A DNA stretch of 63,635 nt, the filler included, from Choristocarpus tenellus KU-1152 (lineage: Eukaryota > Protista > Phaeophyceae): NCBI GenBank assembly GCA_964200185.2. It is 7 parts of 7 records of this genome, joined end to end, with 100 filler letters (N's around TTAATTAATTAA, not from the genome) between each part and the next. Parts side by side here need not be neighbours in the genome. Positions count along the whole stretch, not along the records: positions 11,075 to 18,793 come from CAXNAD020005689.1; positions 18,894 to 26,282 come from CAXNAD020006230.1; 5 more parts are not named here. One strand, written 5' to 3'. Positions 12,166-26,188 of the stretch are shown here, in pieces (the stretch's first letter is position 1; the number at the start of each line of letters is the position of its first letter). A model generated the notes under the pieces. It was not told the origin of the DNA. It worked only from the letters and a program-made list of their open reading frames with translations, and made no database searches. The position numbers and the translations under genes are program-made.

Positions 12166-13649
12166 GCCTACCCACAACAAGGATCTCATTTGCTTGTCCT
12201 CCACATCAGTAGCTGCGTGTGTGAGAAATGGTGCGGGAAAAAAGGGCGGTCTATCCCACCCTAGAAAAGGTCGACCTTCTGCGATTAAGTAGCTATATGT
12301 CACCCCCCCAAAATAGATACCTATGATATTATCAGTTCTTGTTGTACTCCAAAGCACTATTTTTGTGACCACTGACATTCTGGAGGTGTTTATAAAAGAA
12401 AACAAATTTGAGGTAGTTGGTCTACATAGAGAAGCTGGTTCTCTTCATATCCAAGGGGTAACAAAATCGGATACCAGCAATACAAAATTGGAGTACATTA
12501 AGTGCTGAATGTGAGTTTTGTGTGATGACTGTATTTTGAATATTTGAGTAATAAATTTATTGTGTCTAATGTTTGGTCAGGTTAGTAGTTTGAAATTTTG
12601 TGTAGACAATTTGATCAGTTGATCAGTTGAAGTTGTTACATTGTTGCAGGTTTGATAGCTATCATTATGCTGGTTGTATGTGTGGGGTGGTGACAAGAGT
12701 TTTGATTTTGTTCTAGTTCTTGGATTATAGTTACAGGGTATGTGTGAAGTTTTCCTGTCTCAGAGAATATATTGACCTAGGGGCATTGAGACAAGGATAA
12801 ATCAAGAAAAGGCATTCGATACCATCACTATCATGCGCTAGGTTGCCGACAAAGTGCTCATTGCTGAGTGAAATTTGGGGTGATGACTTTGTACTATACT
12901 ATATGGCTTGACCAACAAGTTCATGCATGGCAAGACTGTCCAACAGGGCTAGGGCTTCCTTCACCCTTATCCCCCATCTGCTTGGGGGTCACAGAGGCAC
13001 TACATCCGTTTCAAATTGAAAAATGACTAAAAATGGGTAGCCCACGTTAGTTTATCATCTCCAAATGGCCACAAAGATACCAACAACACAAGGACAGAGA
13101 ATAACGCATAGGTATAGGTCGGGGTGTGGGAAAGGTTGAACTGAAGTTGAAGGGTTGGTATTTTGGTAGTTGGCTATGAATCAAATATAAATCTAGTATG
13201 GTGATTACTACATTAACGCCAATTAGTGCAACTGTGAAAATGTACATTATTTGCATGTATTATACACTACCAACCATGATGATGTTCACAATTGCTAAAA
13301 CGATATCGTCCCACAGGACGAACCAAATTGGGGGGTGGTCACGATTCACAACACGAAATTAGTGTGAAGACTTAACACTCTCAGTAAATATTTTCTAGCT
13401 GCTCTTAAAACACTTATCATTTTAGTGAGTGCAAAGATTGTCATACTCTCTAAATTATCTCAAGAACATTATATTGGAGGCACTAATAGTACAGTGAAGG
13501 TGCGTGCACTCACTGAAAAAACGTTACCTAGATTGTTGAGGGATGAAATCGCTATGTAGACACAGGTGTCAATATGTTGTAGCCAGGTAATGTTCTCCTA
13601 TCAGATTGGATCGAACTACCCATATGGAAGACCTCTCCGTTTTGACCCG

Positions 13650-14910
13650 TGGTAGGGTTTTGCTTGGTGGCATTGACATGTCCAACAGGGCCTACTCTTC
13701 ATTAGAAACCGAACGGTGTTGCGATGGATGTGTACCTTCTTTTGTGTTATCCCTTTCTCGAAGTGATTGGTTGGGTTCATATATGTTTACATTATTAGCA
13801 TCATCGTGTCTCAGTCGTGTAAGTAAGGAGGTTGTTCCCTGTATGGATTTGGTGGAGTAGAACCCTTCAATGCTTTGTTTTATTTCACCGAAATCTCGTT
13901 TCAATGGTGATCCAATTCCACGGGGTGAGCACTACGGATTGTACACCAGTACTATTATCCCGTCTGTCTGTCTCTACACTATACCACAAAAAACCCGGAC
14001 AGGATCGATTTGGAAACTCCAAGCAAGGCGGGTCCAAGACCAGATTTTAAAGAGGTGCCAGATTGACAAGGTGTGGGAGTGCTGAACATACCCAACATGG
14101 GAGAAGTAAGAAGGCATGAACGGAAACAACAAATAGCCGTTGAGTGGAATAACAGCTTGTAGTTTTTTTAATATAGATCCTTACTACCTCTGACGACAAG
14201 TCGAGTTATCCCAAGAAGATAATAGGTTGCATACATCAATAACAGTCTACGTGAGTACATTTTTCAATATTTTTTCATGTAATTTTCTGGACGAACGTGA
14301 AGTTGAGAAGGTCAAAGTTGTTGGGGTAGGCTATTTGATCGGGTGAAAAGGTTAGAGTGTCGAATTTACATGTGTGGTGGCCATCCTCGTATGTGTTGCG
14401 CATGTAGGGTTGTTGATGAACTCCAGAAGTCCGATACGCTAGACACACCCATGAATGAATCATTCGTTTGTATTGATTGGTTCACTCAATTGATGTGGAT
14501 GTGGAGGGGGTTGGGGATACCACCTCTTTGTCATAGAGGCAACTTGGAGGGATCTTTTTCTCAGTCTGTGTCGATCATCATCATACCTGTTGATTTTTGG
14601 TTGTTCTCAGGAGTGGGATTTCAACATCTTCGACTGGCGTCATTAACGTCTAACATAAACTTCAAAATATTTTTTAGGTCAACACTCTCGCATTTCGAAG
14701 TACCAAGTTATGATAGACTACCACTTTTCAACTTTGCGTTCCCTAAGGGGCGAACAGTCATTTGTTGCAGACAATGTCACGGATTGCTAGAGTTTGCGCA
14801 GCACGAGCTATCGTTGGAACGAAAATTTTGCAGGGTCACGGTCGATGGTCAAGAGATTTGGTCAGCATTGGCACCAAGTCTAGGACCAGACAAAGTTCAG
14901 GTATGATATG
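13650..14910 (-). mobile_element. Probable highly decayed Ty3/Gypsy pol remnant
   Basis: Fragments in the expected order on the minus strand: WYPQP (cf. YPLP), VSDFWS (cf. SGFWQ), KKLQAV, PPCLEFPNRSCP (cf. PVLAFPDFSKPF), VETDG; many stops. Confidence 0.3.
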
Positions 14911-17900
14911 AATCATAGCTGAAGATTGAACCCATGAACTTCGTTTGTTTTAGTTCATTATCCTGTGCTTCATATTTTACCTTTCCAGATCACCTCTTCA
15001 ACAGGAAACCGATGATGCAGGCAATGCAAAAGCCCCTCCTTCCCTAGTTGGCGTCATCGTAGATTCACTTCCCCACAACACAATTTTTGCTTTTCCCCAA
15101 CCCCAAACCTACCAATGAGGTTTAGGTGACTCTGCCAGTTGCCCCTACCCCATACATAGATGCATTCGCACACCTTTTGAACCAAACGTATAGAGCGTTG
15201 TCAATATCCTATGCACGATGCTTTTCTCTCATGGTTTATCATATGTTAACAACGTTTGAGACATCTTGGTAGCCTATAGTGCATCCAAATGTGTACAGTA
15301 GAACGGAGCTAATTATCTGACGACAGAGGTGAGCCTTCCGATGTCGAAGTTTTCTCCATTATATCTGGGATCGGGGAAATTTCTCCTGGACAAAGTAGAT
15401 GTGGGGGTGGTGTCCCCACGCAAGCTTGTGTGTCGGTGATACGGCGGAGTGAATTTACGTGGAGTGTTTCCTGGGACTCAAAGTCTCGACGCTCGTTTCA
15501 GGCTGAATATTTCACTCTTGACGCTGTCCATTGGAATATAAGATGTGGTTGTTCTGGAGTTTCTATTCAGTCATTGCATGGACGGCGTTTTGAGACCGGG
15601 CCTCCATTGGATCTTGGTCTATGAGAGTGCCCAAATTAACACTACTCAGAGATAAGATGGATACTGTGTTCATTTGTTTTCCCCCTCATGTGAATTTATC
15701 AATCTTTGAGCTGTTACGGACAGTGCATAATCAGTGGGGTAACCTGCCTTAAGGATTGATTTTGCGAACACGTCAGATGTATGTCCGAGGTAGCTTACAA
15801 GTCATTGCACCCTGCATACCCAAAAATGTGTTTCATTGGACGGCATTGATTTATGAGTAGATTGCCCCACAGTACAAACGCTTTCAATACATATTTTTTC
15901 TCTATGTTCTTTTTCTGGAGAGCACTTCAAATATGTGCCACCAGACCCAATGGCTGGATCCATCCTTCAAATCACCTTAAGTGAATTGATAGTATTTATG
16001 TTATTATGAGAATTGCAAGGAGAGGGTTGACCTGTTCACTGTGAATTAATTACATATTTTTTTTCGCATGGTGGATCATATCAGGAGCCGTTTGGTTCTG
16101 TTTGCCAGCTTTTGCATGTCTATTTCAACCCCCAGTTTCTTCTTTGGCTCAGTATTCCTCCCTCACAGAAATTTGAATGGAGGGGATAAGAAAACCTTGC
16201 ACAGCCACTGTTCCCACACCATGATCTGAGCCTGTTCTAAAAGTATTGGCAACCTTGAGATGGGAAATGAACACAGTAGTCATTTTATCAATAAAGGCAT
16301 CCAGTTTCAGCTCGAAAATATCAATAGTGACTTGCACTGTTGGAGAGCCTTACGTGATGGCACAAAGCTTGGTGTGTTTTATGTATGTAGTTGAGTAGTT
16401 AATCCAACTGCAGTCAGAAATATCAGTGTTGATATGTACCTCCACCTACTCACTCTATTAAACTCTCCTCCTTCCTCTTCTTGTGCATGCCCTTCCTTAC
16501 TCTGTCTCAATACTTGGTTGAAGGACTTGGTGACATACATTGCGCCAGCTTCGTTAGTAAACAAAGGCAAGTGAAAGATTATACACCATAATTGCTTGCA
16601 TTCCTTTCAAATAGGCTTGAAATGATACGAACTCTGGTTAGTAAGTAGTACAATTGACTTTTTCTTCATATATATAGACAACAGTTTGTAGGGTTAGTAG
16701 GCTAGAGTTATTGTGTTGAATTTTATCCTGTCCCTGATTTGTAGACATCAATTGGAAGCACTTCCATTTGTTCTTTGCATATTTCCTGCTTACTTTTTGT
16801 ACTCAATTCGCAGGGATTCTAATTTGCTGCCCTCTATAATATTAGCAACTTTTCCTACTCTTGAGTTGGAATTAAGTAGACATATCTGCAAAGAGAGTTG
16901 AGTTGCCCATATCTGTGTATGAGGGAAAATCTTAAGGATTGCAAAAGGATGGTTAAAGGAAGGTGTTGGCCCTCATCTCTCTCTCTCGGTGGGTCAAGGC
17001 AATGCCTAGTCAGAAAACCACCAGACAATTGAAACTTTTAATCCTGTATTGCAGCTGAGGGAAGCTCTACTTTCCTGAAAAGGATACGTTTGTTCTATCA
17101 AAAATGCTGATTCTCCCTAGGAAACCATTTGATTTTGACACACCTTAGACCAAACCCATTGTGTGTGTGGCCCCCTGCTACTAGTCCATCACCCATATCC
17201 TATACCTCCAATCAACCCCTACACTCTAGCCTATCCTAATGATAAAGGTTGCCTCGACTCAGACAAATTACTGCCAACCCCAGTTCCTTCCCTTCCAATA
17301 TTCACTCAGATATGGCTTGTTTGTTCAACATGGGAGAAGTTTCTCATCATCAAAAACACAACCAGGGGGGAAGAGTGGAGGGGTGGGCGAAAATAAGGCA
17401 AAACCTCAGGAGGTCAGGGGCCCTGTGGAAAGTGGGGGCAAGACAAAGAATGGGACTTTTGATTCAATAGGATCACAAGACAGTGTGGGGGGGGGAGATT
17501 TGGTTGGGGGTGCAGGAGGGACGGTGGGGCTTCCACATCAGGTGTCGGGGATGTATGCAGGTGAGCATAAGTACAAAAGGGAATGGAAAAGTCTCTATCT
17601 GCAGCTCCAATTTGTGTGTGGGTCCCTCTTTCTGTAGAGTAGGAAAGTTTTAGGAAAGTTTTTGCAATTTTTTTCGAGCGTTCAAAGCGTTTAAAGAAAT
17701 GCTTAGCATCAACACTCCAACTGCCTCAGAAGGACAATACGTGCACATGTCCATTGAATGTCAAATATTGAAATGATGATTGCTATAAAGTGGAGCTCTT
17801 TTGGGCTTGTAGTGCTCTTAAACGTTATCATCATTCTGGAGCTGACAATGAATGGCACCTTGGATTGGAAACCTAGATGGTGACTTAGTCCTAAAAAAAA

Positions 17901-18743
17901 CAGTTCCCAACGTTCTGCTTTTGTACATTTTGTTTCTAAGGGAAGATAAGGGACACTTTAAAATCACATTACTCCTGCCAATATCTGTCAAGGTTTATTG
18001 TATGGTAGTTTACCATTTCCAGTACCATCTACATTACTCTGTACTCTTTTCAACATCTGTCAAGATTCCTTGTATATCCTTCTTAGCATCCATCAAGCTC
18101 CAGTACCACTTCCTGCACTTGTCATAGTGCTTTTGAAGTTTTTTGAAATGGAGCGGCACACCCTCTGAATTTTTTGTGTACCATTCCCAACATGTACTAG
18201 TATCATTTTTGTGGTACAACGGAATGTACCGCATTTGAAGTACATTGTGCCTTTTGTGCACCATGTAGAGAGCCCAGTAATCAAATTCTATGGCCTGCTG
18301 CCTAAGTCATCGTCTCGATAAGCTGACCTATGTATTGGTACAAGTCCTCCCTTCTGGCACACTTGAAAATTATGTACTGGCATATGCTGGTGCATAACTG
18401 GGAATAGATGAGAATATCCAGTGATATATATAACTGATGTGGAACAAATTGCTGTAAATAATAGCCTTGGGCAAGATCTTATAATAAAAGTGGCAGAAGG
18501 AGGTGAAACAACTTCCTCATCTCCCAGAACAAGCAGTGAATGGTGTTGGAGGTTGTAGCTCATGTTGAAAGAACTGGCTATGATGTTGTCTTTTTTGTTG
18601 TGGAATAGAGAGACTGAAATAACACACCATTATAACTAAATTTTCTGTTACTGATCGATGTACCAACATCATATGTAATTAGTCTATGATAGGTTTCTCT
18701 TGCCCACTCAGTGTACTCTGCCCCACAGTACAGTACTATTGTG

Positions 18744-18793
18744 CCTGGTTATGGACCAAATGTACACCCTGGTGTAGACCCTCCCCCCCCCCC
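18744..18793 (-). mobile_element. MITE family B, partial left part, inverted
   Basis: Reverse complement GGGAGGGTCTACACCAGGGTGTACATTTGGTCCATAACCAGG matches ~30605-30645. Confidence 0.75.
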
Positions 18794-18893
18794 NNNNNNN
18801 NNNNNNNNNNNNNNNNNNNNNNNNNNNNNNNNNNNNNTTAATTAATTAANNNNNNNNNNNNNNNNNNNNNNNNNNNNNNNNNNNNNNNNNNNN

Positions 18894-19033
18894 GTGTCCA
18901 TTTGGACCAAAATAAGGAAAAGTACAATTACAGTATCCATCCGACGTATGCAACAAAATCACCCCAAAATCGCGACATGAAAAATTTGACCCAAAATGGA
19001 CAGCCGCTACCCCCTCCCAGATACTTTGAGCCC
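18894..19033 (+). mobile_element. MITE family B, missing left end (contig start)
   Basis: Colinear with ~30622-30761; ends CCCAGATACTTTGAGCCC. Confidence 0.85.
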
Positions 19034-21449
19034 ATACATAACAGACTCACAGTACAATTGAATCAGTACATTCATGTTGTGCACTCACCACTTTGTCACT
19101 ACCTGTGGAGGCTCTGTTGAAATGACCGCATTGCTTTGGAGCGATGTGAGGTGGTGATGTGCGTGACCTCTGCTCATTCCAGAAGAAGTGATCCTTGCAG
19201 GCGTTAGCGGAGGACTGGTGAGGAATGCGAATACGGTGATGTCCACTGAGGGTCGGAAGCCTTCCATCTGTGGTGGAACCGATAACATGCATAGAGAGGG
19301 ACTTGAAACTGGATGAAGTGACCCCAACATGTATCCGGCACATCTTGGGACACAGTATTGAAAAAACGTGTGGTGGAAGACATCTTTATTGTGTTTGTGT
19401 AGATATATAGGAACTAATTGTTATTGTCCATGCCTATCTTTTACTGGTGAAAGTTGATAGGAAAGAAGGGATAGGATAATGCATAGGCAAGTGCTTTGCG
19501 CTGACCCACAGGATCGATATCATTCACTTCAACGCCTGTCACCAGTGTCAACTGGAAATATCCTTCTTTTATTCTCCAACCTACCTCCTGCGACTGTCCA
19601 ATGAAAATTAATGAAAGATACTTATTCTAGATTTTCAGCTGGTAGTAATAATAACAGCATATGTTAAATTCATACTGGTGGAAGGAGGTGAAATCGATCA
19701 ATGGGTAAATCTAAATCCAAGTATATGGATTCAGGTTATTCTCAATTCTACTTCCCAATTCTACTTCCTTTGATATTCTAGGGCAGACCAGGGCTTGTTT
19801 CCTCCCAAAATGTCGATGAGAAGAGGATAACCGTCCAATGCAATCAACCCTACTAGAGTGAGAATAATTGAACGGTGCCAGCATATGGGGGTAACAAGGA
19901 TGAGAAGGCATTAGTAGAACTCTGTCGACAAGAGCAAGACTTAAGCAATGCTTTAGAGGGAGAAAGAGAGTACGGTGTGCAAGCAGCTGTACCCACAACA
20001 TAACAGTGAAATCAAAGCCACAATGTGCACGTCAAAACTTGAGACTCACCGGGGGGTAGTCTATGAAAAGGGTCACGGAAGTCTTTCCTTTCAACAGTAT
20101 GTGCAAGAAGTGCAGCAAATGCATTCCTGTTTCTTTTCCATGATATGTTGGGCAGTGGGTACGGGCTGTTCAACTTTTCCACCCACCGCTCTACCCTGAT
20201 CTGTCCATTAGATAGAATAGCATATTTTGTGTGAGTCTGGTCGGTCAGCTTTGGAGAGGAAGGCAAGAGCTTGGCGTTAGAATATTCACAGAGTCGAATG
20301 TGATTTAAGGCGGACAGAAGTACAGATGCAACCTGTGGCCAAATCAAAGTTTATTGTCCACTTGTATTGGCAACATTATGTTCTGGCAAAATTAACTTGG
20401 ATCTCAGGCTAAAGCCAGCACGCCATTGGCTTAACATAGAGCTATCAGTGCCAATCCTAATAACTAGTAGTCCTCTCTGTATTGGTATGTTTAACTGAAT
20501 AGAATATGTTTGATCAAGCAAAATGGATGATGCACCATCAATCAGAGTAGCTCAACCCAAATAAAATCAAATTTTTGCATCAAAGAATGAAACATTTTGT
20601 GCAAGGAGGGGGCCAGGAGTGTCAGGGTCGCGAAGTGAGAAGGAATCGCACGGGGATGGCACATGTATGAGACGTTTTGGAGGGCGACATACCAAGACAC
20701 TTCGGACCATAGACAAAATGCACATACTACATAAATAAATTAAGCCAATGATTTTTGACCCTGCTGAACCCGAAGCAGGGAAAGGGGGGGAAGGGCGTCC
20801 ACTAAGAGGTAATGGAGAGGTACAATCTCCCATGCACTGCGAGAGAAGCTTTGTGTTTGTTTTTCATCTGGGACGCACTTGTGATGCTTTTCATTTTCTT
20901 GCATGACGGATTGGAATGTTAGACTCGCCTTCAATGCCTTAGGGAGCGTGGCATGGTGTTCTTGCACTTGTTCGAGATGGTTTCCAAACTCTAGGTCGAG
21001 CTTTTCGGTTGAGGGGTGAGCAATTGTGTATGCCGTCGAGCGCATATGGTATTTGAAGGACGACATGGTGGTCGTTCACTCCAGCTAGTTTAGCACGCGA
21101 TCAATAGTTTAGCCAAAGGGCCCTGCAGTGTTACACCCTCTAGAAGCTGGAGCATGTATGCAGAGAGGAGGAACAAGGTCCATTGCATCGCCAACAGAGA
21201 TAAATGTGTGTGTGTCGGTGTTGCTTGCACGGAGCAAATGACTGCTGAAGTGAAACCCCCGGAGAGTGGTTCATTGCAACGATAGCACCACCATCTCACA
21301 GGGATACTGTTAATATGCCGTTACAATACAGTTGATGAACCAGTACGCCTTATTGAGGAAAACTCGTCGAAGGCATGTGATCATGATTTTTTACACCAGG
21401 CACATCAGCAAAGATGTCAGGTAACGACTACTTTGACTCTTCACTGCAG

Positions 21450-21926
21450 GCTATTGAACTTGGCTTTGTTTGTCGGAGTTTTCAGCGTCAGCATTTGATT
21501 AACAATACACCCTGCAAATACAATGAAGCCATTGTCACCTGCTTTGAAGCTTCCAATCTTACAGTACGCAGGTTTTTGGTGTTGGTGTGGATGTTTAGCT
21601 TTGTGGAGTGGATCCCATCATACCATCAATCATGTAGAATGTAAAATATGAAATGTTTGTAGGAGTTTCCGCAGGGTGTTCCCACCGGTTGAGACTTGGC
21701 TAAACACCTTGTCCACCCGCCGATTGGATTGATTAAGAAATCTCGACCACAACCCATCTCCTCAAATATTCGAATGTAAGTAGGATTTCTTGAAAAAAAG
21801 GCTAGCAACAAATAAAAAGTCACCTAGTGTTTTTCAAAGGTTTGGTTTGCAGGAAATTTGTATGTTCGTGATTTTTTTCATTATTCACTAATGTCTTTAT
21901 TGTTATTTTCCTCCTGCAACTGATGT

Positions 21927-21977
<51 letters not shown>

Positions 21978-22325
21978 AGTTCGCTGTTGGTGCGGAGAAC
22001 TGAAATCACACACGTCAACAATACACATCTTCAATCACCCCAGGACCTACAACTTCTGTTGGATATCTGTCAGCACCACAAGTCAAGCCTTGAGTCAGAA
22101 GTACTCAAGAATCCAATTTTGGTCCAGTCCAGCAACCAATATGTGACGGCACCTACCAGTAGTCCGCCCTTTCCAATTCTTTCCACCCAAAGAACTCCTA
22201 TAGTTATCTTGTCTGAGGGTGCCAAATCAGCACACACAATAGTAGGGAGAGAGAGGATGACTCTCCCCTCCACCGCCATCACCGCCCCAGCTCTGTCTTT
22301 TGTTTTGGTCATTCACTCTAGGTAG
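21450..22325 (+). pseudogene. Candidate three-exon reading frame with one in-frame TGA
   Basis: Exons 21450-21563, 21663-21775 and 21980-22325 have GT-AG boundaries and compatible phases (0, 2); TGA at 21690-21692; no recognisable family. Confidence 0.3.
21928..21975. repeat. (GT)24 microsatellite
   Basis: Direct reading. Confidence 0.95.
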
Positions 22326-24924
22326 GCTCACATACTATTAGATATCTCAACTACATCATCTTGTTCTCCTAGAAGTAGCCACTTCAGAGCCCCGGTGATC
22401 TTGGTGGTGGTGATGTCGGGCTTACCGGCGTTCATATCAAATACTTCCAACCAATGCCCCTCCATAGGTTCCCTCAATCTCTTTATGCGTAGTAGCAGTA
22501 GTAGTAGTTCTGTAAGACTATATTTTTTGGTACATGCCCTATCACTACTCAGTGTATCATTTCCCACCTTTCATTGTTGAATCGAGCTCACCTAAGTTTG
22601 TTTTTTGGGATGTGTGTTGATCTTATTGGTCAGCAATCAGCACCTGCTACATTGCCCAGGACCTCAAGTTGGGGTACTATTAAAATTATTGTCTAAAGAT
22701 AGTGGGGGTATTGAAACAGGAAGACAGTGGAAGCACAGCATTTTCTGGTGTATGTGACCTCTTGCTTGCCCTTGTGTGTTGGTACTTTGTGGCAGGACAT
22801 CATGTACCATGATCATTGCTGGGACATGAATCAATCAGTTCAAGGGACAATACTGCTTCAATCAGGAAAAGGTCCAAGAGAGACGATAAATCAATCGACA
22901 ATATGGTAAATTTCTTACTGTGTGGGGAGCCATTCTATCCGCTACTGGGTTCATGACACCTCAAGAAGATGAATTATCTACCAATGATGATGCTGCTACA
23001 ATTAATGGTATGAGACACTTGACTTCCAGCAGTTGTTCCAACCAAGCTCCCTCTTCTCCATCATCATGATCTCAGTCAGGTTGAAAGAATATTTGTTTGT
23101 GCGGAGAGGGAGAAACACACACCCATCCTACATCCAAAAATCAATCAAGGAGGCAGGAAAACTATTAAAATGAGCGAGATGGAACCCACTGCAGTGTATT
23201 GTGTGTCCTTGGAGCTTGAACTACTTATCATATCATACCATCACACATGAGTGGTTGGCCCCTGACGAGTAGAGATACTGTACTGCCTGGAAATAGCTCC
23301 AAACAATAAACCAAAAAAATTTCCATGAAATTTCTCTTTTTTACATCCAACAGTAGTGATCTAGAAGGAAGTTCGTTCCTCTGTCAGAGTATGTTGTTTA
23401 GCTCATCTTCAACACAGAAACAGCCTCCATTCCCCCTGCTGTTTAGCCCTCTTCACCCCTCTCTTCCTTGTACTGACAACCCGGAAAACAAAACAACAGA
23501 CCACACCTAATACATACGCATGCTTCATCTACTTCAGATTGATTTACACCACCCTTGGAACAATCATTTGTTGGTGCCATACTACATTGATTTTGTCCCA
23601 TTTCTTCAATCATTTTATTGTAGGTACTTATGATGTACTCCAAGAGACTGCTCGGTTTTGGTGAAGGATACATAAATAAATCTATCTCCTTCAGTCCTGC
23701 TGATCAGTATGCCATCTCTGCCTGATACATGCAATACTATCACAAAGCGGTCAAAGCGCCAGTTGTCTCAAACTTCTACTTACAGCTAGCTGACAACATA
23801 GAAATGGGCTACTAGGTTGGGCAAGAAATCCGCCCGAACGCTTCTTGCTCCCCACTCTCACCTCAAAAATTTCTACGCCAGAAGGAAACTTTTTAAATTC
23901 GTTGTTCTTGCAGCGAGTTGAAGGCATCATATTGCATACAGTACTTGGTGAAATTCTTAACAGAAGGGTACTTCAAAGAATGCTCATATCCATGGACAAT
24001 CCACAGTCAATATTTATAGATGGAACCAACACTTTCCTAGAGTTTGGTCGTCAGAGTGTGACACTCAACAGTGGTCACAGAAGGCCCCGCTCTCCAAGTT
24101 CAACCTCTTCCACACAATCGATACTGAAACCCTGTCTGTATCCAACTCAGTTTGCTTCTGCCTCCACACCCGTCACTGATCTCAGACGTTCCAACTTTTT
24201 TGGCTTCACATCATGCATTCACTATAATGCTCCTTTGTTCCTTGGTGCAAGAAGGGACCTCACATCTCTACCAAACAAGTTGCTTTTGTTATAATCCACT
24301 GCCTGTGCCTTCTACAACGCTGTTCAACCAAGCAAAAAACACACACACGAGGGTGCTATAAAGGAATATCAGCATCCTCACAACAGTCTGTTTATGTGTA
24401 CCTCCAAAATCTGACCTTCGCCTCTCCCCTGTCAAATGTCAGAAATAACAAACAACTCTGAATTACCATAAAACCACACACCCCCCAGTCACTCTCCCAC
24501 CACTTTACTGACCATCAGTCCATTATCCCTTGCTCTACTTTATATTCTACAGCTGATAATTGCCATTTAGGCTTCATTTCTCAGTTGCCTCAGCCCCCCC
24601 TCCCCCCCCGCCCTGTCCACCAGGTTCCTTCCTCTTGTTCCAAAACAATTTGATCAATATCCTGCAACAAATCTCTTCACTGTAGCTTGGCACATGACAT
24701 GACTCACAATACACAGACAAGAAAAACTCAGGAAAACACAACAGACCCGTCAAGCAACCTGCACCCTCCTCAGACCCTTCTCCTCTGACACACACACACA
24801 AAAAAAAAAGAAGTGGCATTTCTCTACTACAGTATCTGGTCAAGAAAATCCCGTCTTCCAGACAAATCACACCCTATCAATTCACAGCTAAAATAAGCAT
24901 GAAATTTCAACAAGTTGCCTGCAA

Positions 24925-26188
24925 CTAAAGGACTTCCATCGCCCTTGCCCATTCCCCCCCTCTTGCAAACTGATTTGCAAATGGCTCCAGCTGTGGAGTT
25001 CCATAATTCTCATCCAACATTGGCTCCCCAGGAGAGGTTTCTATGTGTTGCGGCATTCTCCATCTCGGGCTTCTCCCTGTGCTGCCCATCATGTACCCTA
25101 CTTCCTTCAGCTGTGCACATCACAAGGCCAAGGGATGAGGGGTGAGAGTGCTAGAGAGGCAACTTGTATTGCTGTCACAATTCCTTTTCCATTCTTGATT
25201 TGGGATCAGAACATGTGTCCTTCTCGATTTTTCAGAATCTTTTCACCATGCCATTCTGCGATCTACATTTCTTCCCCCTATTTTTTTTAATGCATACCTA
25301 CCACAGTTAGAAGGGAGATGCATGTCGTTACACAACTCAGCATTGTATACCCTTGAGTTTCCACACACTCCACACACCCCTGAAGTGTTGCAAAAAAGAG
25401 AAAACATGGCAAGAGCCCAGCTCATCGTGAGATGAAGAGAGTCACCACAACGTATATAATGTCCACTAAAAAGCAGGCCACGAGACTTCACATCATTTGC
25501 ACCCTCTATACAACCCCACTCTTCCTTTCTCCCTCCCCTCCCCCCCCACCCCCAGTAATTCCACTCTTGCCTTCATTCCAACAAACACACTATCCCACTC
25601 CTCTCCCTCACCTCCCTCCTCATCGTCGCCAAAACTGCTGCTGCCACTCCAGGGCCAGCCACCCTCGATGCCGCCTTTGCAACCACAGGGAACTCCCCTA
25701 CCAGCCACTCCAGGCCCTCCTGTCGTTCCTCCTCCGAAATACTAATACGGGTCATCAGGCCCTCCTTCTGACGCCCTGACAAAACCAAAAACTGATGGTA
25801 TGCACGAAACTCCCTCTCTGCACCTTCACTCCACCCCCACTTACCTCCACCTCCTGCCTCCACTCCTCTGACAATATCATCCATACGGCAGGCCAGACGC
25901 TCACGTGCCCCAGACCCAAGATAAATGCTCAGAGGGGCAAGTGCACACGCCTCCTCCAGTGCTTCATCATACAAACCCGCAATTACAAGATAGTTCAGCT
26001 TCTCCTCCCTTGGATGAGGCTCTACCCTTGTGGCTGTGGCACTGCCAGGGGCATGTGGGGTAAGAGTCGCCTGAGAGCGCCCAGCTTTTGGTGACAACAA
26101 GACTGATGTTGCAGTTGTTTGCTTTGGATAGGGTTGATCCCAGCCCCCTGGAGGCACGGGTCCATGAGGGGCAGCCCTATGCTCATAC
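24925..26188 (-). CDS. Last two exons of an unknown protein with weak PPR/TPR-like helical motifs; 5' part off contig
   Basis: Exon 26188-25612 (caattag| ... GAG|gtgagg) splices in phase 0 to 25110-24925 (gcacag|CTG...TAG); motifs AGLYDEALEEA and GGEWARAMEVL. Confidence 0.55.

Noticed and set aside
18744-19033. One MITE B spanning the gap
   Set aside because: The two pieces are in opposite orientations and overlap in element coordinates, so they are separate copies.
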